Notes: generated by a model from the letters alone, not told the origin. A stretch of 64,000 bases of DNA from Bacteroidota bacterium (GCA_013288905.1 JABDAW010000002.1:3265-67264); one strand, 5' to 3'. Positions 19,146-28,592 are shown, counted from the stretch's first letter. Numbers and translations: made by a program.

Positions 19146-19307
19146 ATGCTATTAAACTTCCAGCCATTTCTTAAGATTAATAATAGCCACAAATCTTTGG
19201 AGTAAACTAAGAATTAAAAAATCAAGATTCATTCCACATGATTTCAAACCTTTTCCTTTTATGACATTGCCTTTTTTGGGGCAATGCAATAAAAGGAGTA
19301 TCAAATC

Positions 19308-19378
19308 AATTAGGAATTACGAATTAGGAATTAGGAAAAGCGGACATCTTATTTCGTAATTCCTAATTCATAATTCCT
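19308..19378. repeat. Palindrome built from 'aggaatta' repeats
   Basis: aggaattacgaattaggaattagg ... cgtaattcctaattcataattcct. Confidence 0.7.
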
Positions 19379-19429
19379 GATTGATTAAACTTTCCTTATT
19401 TTTTCGTAATTTAGCAGCCAGATAAATTA

Positions 19430-20932
19430 ATGATGACAAACAAAATCTATAGTTCTGTTTTAGTTCTTTTCATGATGGTTTCGATTACTGTCGGAGGCAC
19501 TGTTCAGGCTTATCTTTCTACCTGTTCTTTCAATGTTCCCGGCAAGGGTCCTTATCTCGAAACTTATCTTTCGGTGGATGGAAAAGGACTTAGTTATGTC
19601 AAGAAAGAGAATGGTAAATATCAGGGGGCAATAGAAGTAACTCTCCTTGTAAAGCATGATACCACGTGGGTTTACAGAGACAGATATAATTTATTAAGTC
19701 CTGAAGTTGATGATACTTCGAAGTATCTGAAAGATTTTATTGACCAGCAAAGAATACCTCTTGCTAATGGGGATTATGATTTGAGCATCAGCATTACGGA
19801 TAAAAATAAACGGGAGCATCCGTTTGCTGGGAAAGCAAAAATTTATATCAATTATCCTGATACTGTTCCTGCGATTTCTGATATTGAATTGCTGGCTTCA
19901 TTTACCAAGTCCGTGCAAAAGAATATTCTTACGAAAAACGGGTATGACCTGACTCCATATATTGACAATTTTTATTCTCATTATAATAATAAAATAAAGT
20001 TCTATGCTGAAGTTTATAATTCGAAATATCTGGCTTCGGATAAGTACCTTGTGAAATATTATATCGAGCAATATAAAACCAAAAGGATAATGGGAGAATT
20101 CAGTCAATTCATAAAAATGATTCCCGAAGACATAAATGTCGTAATGGCAGAATTACCAATAGATTCGCTCGTATCGGGAAATTATAACCTGGTGATAGAG
20201 GTACGGAATAAGAAGGATGAATTGATGGCGATGAAAGAGCTTTTCTTTCAAAGAGAAAATCCGAATGTGAGGAACATAATCAAAGCAAGTGATTACGCCG
20301 GTTTTGACATCAACAGCACCTTTGTGAGAAATTATAATAACAGGGATACATTATATGAAATGTTGCTTTGCCTGCGACCCATTTCTTCTCAAACAGAAAT
20401 AGAGTTTGTTGATAATTATTTTCAAAAGGATTCGCGGAATAAAGATACACTATTAATGAAAAAGTATTTTTATGATTTCTGGGCAAAGAGAAATTCTGAT
20501 AATCCTAAAGAGGAATGGTTGAAATATCGGGCTGAAGTAATTAAAGTAAATGAGAAATGGGGGAATGTTTTTCGGAAAGGATATGAGAGCGACAGAGGAC
20601 GGGTTTATCTTCAATATGGACCTCCGGATATTATCGTTGATGGTACGGATGACCCTGCCGCAAAGCCTTATGAAATATGGGAATATTATAAGTTAGCAGA
20701 TAAAACTCACAAGATTCCTGATCAAACTTATAAGAGGTTTCTATTCTATGAACCAAACCAGGGGAATAATGAATTTGTGCTCTTGCATTCTGATGTCAAA
20801 GGAGAAATTTCAGATGAGAAATGGCAATTAGTTTTATATCAAAGGTCTTATCAAAGTACGGATATAGATGATGTGAATGCCCCGACTTATGCAGGAAGCA
20901 GGGCTTTGGATCTTTTTAATAATCCAAGATAA
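19430..20932 (+). CDS. GWxTD domain-containing protein (Bacteroidota-specific)
   Basis: Signal peptide. The C-terminal region KWGNVFRKGYESDRGRVYLQYGPPD matches the GWxTDRGRvyi..G.PD motif. Confidence 0.55.
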   Translation: MMTNKIYSSVLVLFMMVSITVGGTVQAYLSTCSFNVPGKGPYLETYLSVDGKGLSYVKKENGKYQGAIEVTLLVKHDTTWVYRDRYNLLSPEVDDTSKYLKDFIDQQRIPLANGDYDLSISITDKNKREHPFAGKAKIYINYPDTVPAISDIELLASFTKSVQKNILTKNGYDLTPYIDNFYSHYNNKIKFYAEVYNSKYLASDKYLVKYYIEQYKTKRIMGEFSQFIKMIPEDINVVMAELPIDSLVSGNYNLVIEVRNKKDELMAMKELFFQRENPNVRNIIKASDYAGFDINSTFVRNYNNRDTLYEMLLCLRPISSQTEIEFVDNYFQKDSRNKDTLLMKKYFYDFWAKRNSDNPKEEWLKYRAEVIKVNEKWGNVFRKGYESDRGRVYLQYGPPDIIVDGTDDPAAKPYEIWEYYKLADKTHKIPDQTYKRFLFYEPNQGNNEFVLLHSDVKGEISDEKWQLVLYQRSYQSTDIDDVNAPTYAGSRALDLFNNPR

Positions 20933-20940
20933 ATTCAGGG

Positions 20941-21126
20941 ATAAGGATATAGAGGTATAATGGAATAGAGGTATAGTGTATAAAATTATGTCGAATATAT
21001 TGATAACAATGATGACTAAAGTATGAAAGTGGTATTAAATATAATAAAGTTCAATGTTTGGAATTTAAAAGCAATTCTCAAATATTCCTTTATACCATTA
21101 TACCTTTATACCTCTTTATAATTTAT
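20941..21126. repeat. Imperfect inverted repeats built from 'aggtata' units flanking a ~100-bp AT-rich spacer
   Basis: ggatatagaggtataatggaatagaggtatag ... ctttataccattatacctttatacctctttat. Confidence 0.4.
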
Positions 21127-22186
21127 GAAGATTGCAATAGTTATTCTAAACTGGAATGGCAGGAAATTGCTGGAACAGTTCCTGCCGAAGGTTGTCGAAT
21201 ATAGCAAAGACATTGCTGAAGTAGTGATTGCTGATAATGATTCTAATGATGATTCTTTGGAATTCCTCAGAATAAATTATCCTGAAATAAGATTGATTAT
21301 TAATCATGAAAATGGTGGATTTGCAAAGGGGTATAATGATGCTTTGAAGTATGTGGAAGCGGATTATTATATCCTTTTAAATTCTGATGTAGAAGTAACT
21401 CCTGATTGGATAAAACCGATTATTTCTTTAATGGAGAATGATAAAAGTATTGCTGCTTGCCAACCGAAAATGTTATCTTTTAAGAACAAAGAAAAGTTTG
21501 AATATGCCGGTGCCGCAGGAGGTTTCATTGATCATTGGGGTTATCCTTTTTGCCAGGGAAGGATCTTTGGGAATCTTGAAACAGATCATGGGCAATATAA
21601 TGAAGCTTGTGAAGTCTTTTGGTCAACTGGTGCGTGTATGTTTGTTCGTTCTGAAGTCTTTCATCGGCTGAATGGTTTTGATGAAGAGTTTTTTGCGCAC
21701 ATGGAAGAAATAGATTTATGTTGGAGGATTCGAAATGCAGGATATAAAGTTCTTTATTGTCCGCAGTCCGTGGTTTATCATGTAGGAGGCGGAACTCTTC
21801 CTAAGAATAATCCAAGAAAAACTTATCTTAATTTCAGGAATAATCTTTTGATGATTTATAAGAATGCACCAAAGAAAGATCTATGGAAAATATGCTTTCT
21901 TCGTTTCGTTTTAGATGGAGTTGCTGGTGCTAAGTTTCTTTTTGAAGGTAATTGGAAAGATTGTATTGCGGTAATAAAGGCTCATTTTTATTTCTATAAA
22001 AACTATTCCAAGATCCGTAATAAAAGAAAAGCTACCATTAAGTCTTCCCTTGACAACAGTGATAAATTTATCTATCATGGAAGTATTGTTCTGCAATATT
22101 ATCTGAAGGGAAAGAGAACTTTTACTTCTCTTAATTGGAAAAGGAAATCAGTGAATAGTGAACAGGGGGCAGTGAATAGTGAATAG
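21125..22186 (+). CDS. Family 2 glycosyltransferase
   Basis: N-terminal GT-A signature (IVILNWNGRKLL...ADNDSNDDS...LLNSDVEV). The C-terminal ~12 codons run into a palindromic repeat arm, so the annotated 3' end is doubtful. Confidence 0.75.
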   Translation: MKIAIVILNWNGRKLLEQFLPKVVEYSKDIAEVVIADNDSNDDSLEFLRINYPEIRLIINHENGGFAKGYNDALKYVEADYYILLNSDVEVTPDWIKPIISLMENDKSIAACQPKMLSFKNKEKFEYAGAAGGFIDHWGYPFCQGRIFGNLETDHGQYNEACEVFWSTGACMFVRSEVFHRLNGFDEEFFAHMEEIDLCWRIRNAGYKVLYCPQSVVYHVGGGTLPKNNPRKTYLNFRNNLLMIYKNAPKKDLWKICFLRFVLDGVAGAKFLFEGNWKDCIAVIKAHFYFYKNYSKIRNKRKATIKSSLDNSDKFIYHGSIVLQYYLKGKRTFTSLNWKRKSVNSEQGAVNSE

Positions 22187-22368
22187 TGAACAGTGAATAG
22201 TGAACAGCGTGAAATGAAACTTTTTTTTACATCGAATCTCTTTAATGTTCTTCTTCTTCTGCACTGTTCACTATTCACTGTTCACTATTCACTATTCACT
22301 GTTCACTATTCACTATTCACTGTTCACTATTCACTGCCCCCTGTTCACTATTCACTGTCTCAAAATTA
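22150..22368. repeat. Large composite palindrome of 'gtgaatagtgaaca' repeats straddling the GT2 stop and the M23 peptidase start
   Basis: Left arm 22150-22208, ~55-nt loop, right arm 22263-22368 with extra repeat units. Confidence 0.8.
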
Positions 22369-23986
22369 TTTCCGAAGTCCTTTAGATATTCCTTTGAAGC
22401 TTGCTGCTAACTTCGGAGATATTCGGCCTAATCATTATCATGCCGGAATTGATATTGAAACAGAACAACGGGAAGGCTTGAAAGTATATGCTGTTGCAGA
22501 TGGATATGTTTCACGAATTAAAGTTGCTCCTAATGGTTATGGCAATGCAATTTATATCAATCACCCTAATGGATACACCAGTGTTTACGGGCATCTGCAA
22601 CGTTATGATAATAAGATTGCAGAGTATGTAAAGAAGAATCAATATCAATTGGAATCTTTCCAGGTTGATCTGTTTCCTGACTCTGCTTTGTTTATTGTAA
22701 AGAAAGGAGATGTCATTGCTTATTCCGGCAATACAGGGGATTCCGGTGGTCCTCATGTTCATTTTGAAATAAGAGATACTAAGAGTGAGGAACCTGTTGA
22801 TCCATTGTTATTTGGTTTTGATATTCCAGATCATAAGGCTCCTGTTTTTAATGCTTTAAAAGTTTATCCGGTTAATCATTCAGGGGTTATTAACGGCAAG
22901 GCAATTCAACAGAGATATTCTATTATTAATAAGTATTCAAACAGCTATCAGTTATTGGAAAATAGTGTTATTAATGTTCAAGGAACTATTGGTTTTGCTG
23001 TGGAAGGATATGATATGGAGGATGGTAATGAAGAACATTTTACTATCTATTCTTTGGAACTTATCATGGATGGAAAAACTCAATTTAATGCCACGATAGA
23101 TAGATTTAATTTTAATGAAACACGATGTGTGAATGCTCATATTGATTATGAAGAATTGAAAAAATCCAACGAACAATTCTTAAAGCTGTTCAAAGACCCT
23201 AATGATAAATTCAATGCATACAAAGCCCGCACCAATGGTGTTCTTACTATTAATGATACGCTCCTTCACCACATAAAGATTATTGCAAAGGATGCTTATG
23301 AAAACACTTCTGAATTAAATTTCAAGGTTAAAAGTAATCATGATAGTAAAGCACCGATAGCGACCATGAAACCTGCTAACATTGAAAACATAATTCCTTA
23401 TCAATACCCTGACTCATTCCAAACAAATGATATAAAGATTTTCTTTCCTGAAGGAACTTTGTATGATACGCTTTTCATGACTTATTCTTCCACGAAAGAG
23501 AGTCCGAATTACTATTCTTTCATTCACCACATTCATAATATTTATACCCCAATAAATTCCAACATAAATCTTTCTATTAAATGTCATAATCTTCCTAAGA
23601 ATATAGAGTCGAAAGCATTGTTAGTTCATCTTGATTCAAAAGGAAATGCGAGTGCTGTAAAGAGTTCTTTCAAAGATGGCTATGTAGTTGGTAATCCCAA
23701 TGTCCTTGGGGACTTCGCAGTGATGATTGATACCATCGCGCCTACTATTATTCGATTAAATAAAGCGAATGGAATGTATCCTATACAGTTTAAAATCACC
23801 GATAATCTTTCAGGAATAAAGTCTGTCAGAGCTACCCTTAATGGTCATTGGATATTGATGAAAGAAGATGCAAAGACGCAGACCTTTACTCTTGATTCTG
23901 ACAAGCCATTCCAAACAAATACTAACAATGGCTTTCATCTTGAAGTCGTTGATAACAAAGGCAACAAGGCTACTTATACACAATAA
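22193..23986 (+). CDS. M23 family metallopeptidase (LytM/lysostaphin-like)
   Basis: HYHAGIDI and GNTGDSGGPHVHFEI motifs. The signal peptide MKLFFTSNLFNVLLLLHC lies in the palindrome loop. The N-terminal SLFTVHY x3 repeat is encoded by the palindrome arm. Confidence 0.8.
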   Translation: MNSEQREMKLFFTSNLFNVLLLLHCSLFTVHYSLFTVHYSLFTVHYSLPPVHYSLSQNYFRSPLDIPLKLAANFGDIRPNHYHAGIDIETEQREGLKVYAVADGYVSRIKVAPNGYGNAIYINHPNGYTSVYGHLQRYDNKIAEYVKKNQYQLESFQVDLFPDSALFIVKKGDVIAYSGNTGDSGGPHVHFEIRDTKSEEPVDPLLFGFDIPDHKAPVFNALKVYPVNHSGVINGKAIQQRYSIINKYSNSYQLLENSVINVQGTIGFAVEGYDMEDGNEEHFTIYSLELIMDGKTQFNATIDRFNFNETRCVNAHIDYEELKKSNEQFLKLFKDPNDKFNAYKARTNGVLTINDTLLHHIKIIAKDAYENTSELNFKVKSNHDSKAPIATMKPANIENIIPYQYPDSFQTNDIKIFFPEGTLYDTLFMTYSSTKESPNYYSFIHHIHNIYTPINSNINLSIKCHNLPKNIESKALLVHLDSKGNASAVKSSFKDGYVVGNPNVLGDFAVMIDTIAPTIIRLNKANGMYPIQFKITDNLSGIKSVRATLNGHWILMKEDAKTQTFTLDSDKPFQTNTNNGFHLEVVDNKGNKATYTQ

Positions 23987-24022
23987 ATATTTTAAAAAAA
24001 TAGGTCGAAACTTTATTGCATA

Positions 24023-25804
24023 TCAATGCGGTTCAACATTTCTTTTTTTCGATTCGTTAATATATTCAATAACTTCAGCATCCGAAGGATTTAATATTAA
24101 TGCCTTATTAAAGTATTCCAATGCCTTAGAATATTGTTTAAGATTGGCATAAGCACTGCCAATATTCTTATAAGCATCTTCATAGTTCGGATTCCAATCA
24201 ATTTCCTTTTGGAAGGCATTAATTGCTTCTTCCAATCTTCCTGACTCTGCCAATGCGCATCCTTTATTATTATAAAGCCCCGCAAATTTTAATGTATCCA
24301 TTATCTTTAAAGCCTTGTCGAATTCAATTAAAGACTTACTGATATAAGCCTTCTGAAGCCCCGGATTTGTTTCCTTTGGTGCAAGTGTCAATAACAATTC
24401 TTTACCCCAAATAATATGGGCAGTGGCACTCTTATCTGAAATCTCAACATCATGACTAAACAGTGTAGCATTATCTTCCCAATCCATAGTTCTTGAAAGT
24501 GTTTTTACAGAATAGAGAAAAAATATGCCGAAGACTATCATGAACAATCGTGAGTTCATAGAAAAAAGATCATAAAGATTATTGTATGTTTTCTCCAGCG
24601 TTTCTTTCCTCATTAATTTGATAAACAGCATTGTGCAGAGCATTGAAAAACCTAAGGATGGCATGTACATAAAACGTTCTGCCATGGTAGCTCCGTTATT
24701 AAAAAAAAGATTTGAAACAGGTGCTACTGTTATGAAATAAAATAGAATCGCAAAGCTGACAATGCTTTTCTTTCTTAAATTTATCAGGGCATATATTACC
24801 AATCCAACATTAATCAAAATGCCCGCTATCACTGGCAGATTGCTTAATGACTGAATATTTATCATTGAATAATTATAGTCGCAAGTCAGGGAAATCGGGT
24901 AGATTAATAACAGAATATATCGCAGAAGAATATAAAATACCGTCGCTTCTCTGCTTACGAAATCGGGGGCTGCTACTACTGAATTGAAGAGGTAGGTAGT
25001 AGAAGTATTCATGCTTACAGATAGCAAAACCTGGTGCCTTATAATAAGATAAATTGCTAAAATAAGAAGGAGTTCTATTGAAATAATAAGAAGTTTTTTC
25101 ATTTTAATTCCTGTAAAAACAAGGAGGGCTAATGGTATTGTAAGCAGGAAAGTTATGCCTGTTTCTTTGGACAATAAGGAGATGAAAAAACTGATTCCAC
25201 CAAGAATAAAATATAGAATAGAATCCTTTGAACTGGATTTTACAAATGCTGTTATTGCCAGCAGCCCGAAAAGAAAACAGAGGATTTCGTCCATGCTTTT
25301 TATATTGCAAACAACTTCAGTATGTATGGGATGAGCGGCATAGAGGATGCTGCAAACAAAGGGAAATAACGTCGGGGCATTGCCAAATTTGTTTTCAAAA
25401 AGAAGGCACAACGTAAGAAATAATACACAGCAGGAGCAGGCAAAAAATAATACATTAAACAAATGATAGACCTGTGGAGAATCATGAAAAAATTGCCAGA
25501 TAGAAGCAAAAAGAACTAACGAAGCCGGACGATATACGGGACCTCTGTGATTGGACTCTAAGCCATACCAATAGTCGGTTTTCAACAAAGTAGGGATACC
25601 TGCAAAACCCATTTTGGTATATTTATTTTGATCTGTCACAGGATGATCGTCCAAAGTATAATTAAAAGAAATAGTCTGGGCATAAATCAAGAATGCAAAT
25701 GCAGCAATGATTATTCCGAGTGAAGTTTTTAATTTAGCAGAAGTCCCGCGGACGGCAGGTGTTGATTTTACTTCTAATCTATTATTGGTTTGTTTTTTTT
25801 GCAT
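24023..25804 (-). CDS. TMTC/PMT_2-like polytopic membrane protein with C-terminal TPR repeats (putative O-glycosyl/mannosyltransferase)
   Basis: N-terminal NYTLDDHP...YRPASLVLF block as in GT39/TMTC proteins, ~10 TM helices, three or more C-terminal TPR units. Confidence 0.55.
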   Translation of the reverse strand: MQKKQTNNRLEVKSTPAVRGTSAKLKTSLGIIIAAFAFLIYAQTISFNYTLDDHPVTDQNKYTKMGFAGIPTLLKTDYWYGLESNHRGPVYRPASLVLFASIWQFFHDSPQVYHLFNVLFFACSCCVLFLTLCLLFENKFGNAPTLFPFVCSILYAAHPIHTEVVCNIKSMDEILCFLFGLLAITAFVKSSSKDSILYFILGGISFFISLLSKETGITFLLTIPLALLVFTGIKMKKLLIISIELLLILAIYLIIRHQVLLSVSMNTSTTYLFNSVVAAPDFVSREATVFYILLRYILLLIYPISLTCDYNYSMINIQSLSNLPVIAGILINVGLVIYALINLRKKSIVSFAILFYFITVAPVSNLFFNNGATMAERFMYMPSLGFSMLCTMLFIKLMRKETLEKTYNNLYDLFSMNSRLFMIVFGIFFLYSVKTLSRTMDWEDNATLFSHDVEISDKSATAHIIWGKELLLTLAPKETNPGLQKAYISKSLIEFDKALKIMDTLKFAGLYNNKGCALAESGRLEEAINAFQKEIDWNPNYEDAYKNIGSAYANLKQYSKALEYFNKALILNPSDAEVIEYINESKKRNVEPH

Positions 25805-25928
25805 TTGTTTTTATGACCGGATGCAAAACTAAAAAACTATGAAGTAACATCAAAGGCTCCGAATGAGTTCTAAAAACTGAAAAATAATTAGGAATATTTA
25901 ATAAGGAATAACGGATCATCATTATTTA

Positions 25929-26088
25929 AAATGACTGTCGGTTTGTATATACCTCAAATTGTTTTAAAATATAAAAACTGTGAATGCTTGTCATTCGACG
26001 AAGGAGGAATCCTATCCATATTTCAATAGGATTCCTCCTTCGTAGGAATGACAAGCCGCAACTTGGTTTATATAACCCGACAGTCATT
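25929..26088. mobile_element. MITE-like nested-palindrome element, copy 2
   Basis: Same outer (aatgactgtcgg..ccgacagtcatt) and inner (gtcattcgacgaaggaggaatcctat...ataggattcctccttcgtaggaatgac) inverted repeats as 18241-18404. Confidence 0.65.
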
Positions 26089-26435
26089 TTATTTAATGAT
26101 GCAATTGGATATATGCCCTTTCGGCTCCTGTCCCGTTGTATCGTCATTCCATAAGGTTATTTTTTTCATGTCGTAAAAATTGGCAAATAAAGTATTCACA
26201 AATCTTGATGCCTTAATAAAATTTATCATCTTATAATTCATTCATCATTAAAAGGTATTGAAATTTTCAGGTGAATCAAAATCTCTTTTCAGATGGGCTT
26301 GGAATTTCAAGGTTGCATGATACGGATGAATTATACCATTGCGCATTTTCTTAATGGTGTGAATGATAGTGGTATTGCTCTTGTTGAATTCTATGATAAG
26401 ACAAAAAGCATTGGGAATGGCATTACATAATTTCC

Positions 26436-26830
26436 TGATGCCATAAATAACGTTGGGGATGACATCCCTTTTTTTCCTTATGCCATAGAAAACGTTGGGG
26501 ATGACATCCCTTTTTTTCCTTATGCCATAAATAACGTTGGGGATGACATCCTTTTTTTTCCTGATGCCATAAAAAACGTCGGGGATGACATTCCTTTTTT
26601 TCCGGATGCCATAAAAAACGCTGGGGATGGCATCCGGAAAAAATCGGAATGCCATCATGGCTTCGGGGATGGCATTCGGAAAAAACCAAAATGCCATCAT
26701 GGCTCTGTGGATGGCTTTCGGAAAGTACCGAAATGCCATCATGGCTCTGTGGATGGCATCCGGAAAAAACCGGAACGCTATCCTGACGTTTTAGATGGCA
26801 TTCGGAAAATAAATCATAGCCATGATGGCA
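26436..26830. repeat. Tandem array, 42-bp unit made of two 21-bp half-units, ~9-10 copies decaying toward the 3' end
   Basis: atgccataaataacgttgggg / atgacatccctttttttcctt repeated. The ORFs 26248-26742 and 26423-26689 are repeat artefacts. Confidence 0.85.
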
Positions 26831-26887
26831 GGTCTAAGCTATAATTTGATTAGACTTCCTCGATAAATAGATGGAGAACAGTTAATA

Positions 26888-26980
26888 GGAACGCAGATGA
26901 CGTGGATTAATATGAAAAGATATGATTTTTTCCTTGATGAAATCATATCTTTTCATATTAATCCGCGTCATCTGCGTTCC
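26888..26980. repeat. Near-perfect ~40-bp-arm palindrome
   Basis: ggaacgcagatgacgtggattaatatgaaaagatatgattt ... aaatcatatcttttcatattaatccgcgtcatctgcgttcc (1 mismatch). Confidence 0.85.
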
Positions 26981-27079
26981 CATAGCATATCAAAATCTCA
27001 ATTCCCGAATAAGTCTATCCTTAAAACCTTCCATGTCCTTACTTTAATGTAATTTTGCATCATACAATAAGATTAAAAA

Positions 27080-27544
27080 ATGATAGAAGAATTAAAATCA
27101 ATCCGTGCTGCCTGTGATAAAATGGAGCGTGAGGATGAGAGAGAAAAAATGCAATTCCGCGAAGCAGATTTTGGCAGATTTGATTTGCCGAAGCATGTTG
27201 GCGATATTGTGGATTATCTGCAACCGCTTTTATTGCCCAATGAAGCGGCAATTTATTGGTATCTTTTCAGAAAGAGCATCGTCAAAAATATGGACAAGAA
27301 CATACGGTTTTATGCAAAAGATTTGTGTAAGGATTTTGAAGTCATCAGTTCCGGTTCGGGGCGAGCAGAATTTATTGGTATCAAGGCTGCAATCAAAGCC
27401 GTAGATGGGCTGGAAGCAAAAGGAGTGATAGAAAGAATCTTAAAAACAGCGACCAAAGATGGTTTTTATTTTAGCATTAAAATTCCATCCGAAATCCCGA
27501 TGTGCATTGACCGCAAGAAAGTTATGGATGCACTGAAATTATAA
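27080..27544 (+). CDS. Hypothetical protein (154 aa)
   Basis: Clean ORF with no recognisable motif. Confidence 0.4.
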   Translation: MIEELKSIRAACDKMEREDEREKMQFREADFGRFDLPKHVGDIVDYLQPLLLPNEAAIYWYLFRKSIVKNMDKNIRFYAKDLCKDFEVISSGSGRAEFIGIKAAIKAVDGLEAKGVIERILKTATKDGFYFSIKIPSEIPMCIDRKKVMDALKL

Positions 27545-27597
27545 ATGAATTTAAATCCTTTTCAATACCAGCATCACCAGAGAGAAGTTCATAAAGG

Positions 27598-27696
27598 AGT
27601 TATGAAATATGAGTTATGAGTTATGAAGTATGAGTTATGAGTTTGTGCAAACTCATAACTCATAACTCATACTTCATAACTCATAACTCATAACTA
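27598..27696. repeat. Palindromic 'gagttatga' repeat element, copy 3 (longest; center gtttgtgcaaac)
   Basis: Same family as 4098-4163 and 4296-4350. Confidence 0.8.
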
Positions 27697-27752
27697 CAAT
27701 CGTTTTGTGATAGCATCCGCCCCTGCGGTGCTGCAACAAAACGATGATGATA
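27697..27752. repeat. REP-like 55-bp palindromic element, copy 2 (reverse orientation of 12626-12680)
   Basis: Its reverse complement aligns almost base-for-base with 12626-12680. Confidence 0.6.
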
Positions 27753-27785
27753 ATTATTAAACCAAAAGGATTCATACCTATGGAA

Positions 27786-28478
27786 TTAATTTTTATATTT
27801 ATATTTCAGGAATATTCCGGTATCAAACGCTGTCCATAAACAAGCTTTCTGTCCGCAGACTTTAAGTGCGCTATTAGCCCAAGTATTGCAAGTTTTAAAC
27901 ATGCTGTAACTGCCCGTAGCATCATAGAAAGCATCATGCTGCCCATAGTTTGCATTTGTCTTAATATTTATCAAATGTCCTTCGGCATCCTTTTGAAAAC
28001 TGTTTAATATATACTTTATCAACCGCGAATATTGCTCCTTACTAATAATGATTTTTCGACATGAATCACCGATATTTAATGTATCATAATAAGTAGCATG
28101 AATAGCGGTAGTGCTCAAAGCAAACATAGCCTTAAAGGCTGTGCTGAATTTCAAATCAGCCCACGTGGGAGTGTATAGGTAGAAGCCTTTGTCGCCCCAT
28201 CCCATGCCAAGCCATTTCATGTTAGAGTCTTTGCTGACAGTATTAGAAAATCTGATCTCTTGACTCCAATCAATCAAGTCACTTTTGACTGGAACTACAA
28301 GGTCTGTATGAACACCATTTGTCATGATGAAAATAGTCATTTCTGCAGGTTGATTCTTTTCTTTATCTACTGTAATCCTTGACAGGCACCATTCGGATAA
28401 AAGATAGGTAATTACAAATGCTATAATTGCCAAAACTGTTTTTCCAAGAATCTTTAGAAGTTGTTTTAATGCTTTCAT
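27786..28478 (-). CDS. TIGR02117/DUF2459-like membrane-anchored protein
   Basis: N-terminal TM anchor. MTNGVHTDLVVPV motif characteristic of the family. Confidence 0.45.
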   Translation of the reverse strand: MKALKQLLKILGKTVLAIIAFVITYLLSEWCLSRITVDKEKNQPAEMTIFIMTNGVHTDLVVPVKSDLIDWSQEIRFSNTVSKDSNMKWLGMGWGDKGFYLYTPTWADLKFSTAFKAMFALSTTAIHATYYDTLNIGDSCRKIIISKEQYSRLIKYILNSFQKDAEGHLINIKTNANYGQHDAFYDATGSYSMFKTCNTWANSALKVCGQKACLWTAFDTGIFLKYKYKN

Positions 28479-28592
28479 ATTATGTAAATCAATCCATGCC
28501 TTTTACATGATTCAAGATGATTGCATTCATTTATCTGCTTGATAATGCAAAATTAGAATAAAAATAAGTTTAGTAAAATAGTCTTTCCGGAC

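Noticed and set aside
22193-22213. Annotated M23 start MNSEQRE at 22193
   Set aside because: This start falls inside the left arm/loop of the 220-bp palindrome. The downstream Met giving MKLFFTSNLFNVLLLLHC is a proper signal peptide and the more plausible start.
25926-26147. 73-aa ORF on the minus strand
   Set aside because: It overlaps the nested-palindrome MITE-like element copy 2. An equivalent spurious frame exists in copy 1. It is non-coding.
26436-26830. Possible CRISPR array, given regularly spaced ~42-bp repeats
   Set aside because: The repeats are directly contiguous with no unique spacers. They are a tandem minisatellite. No cas genes are nearby.
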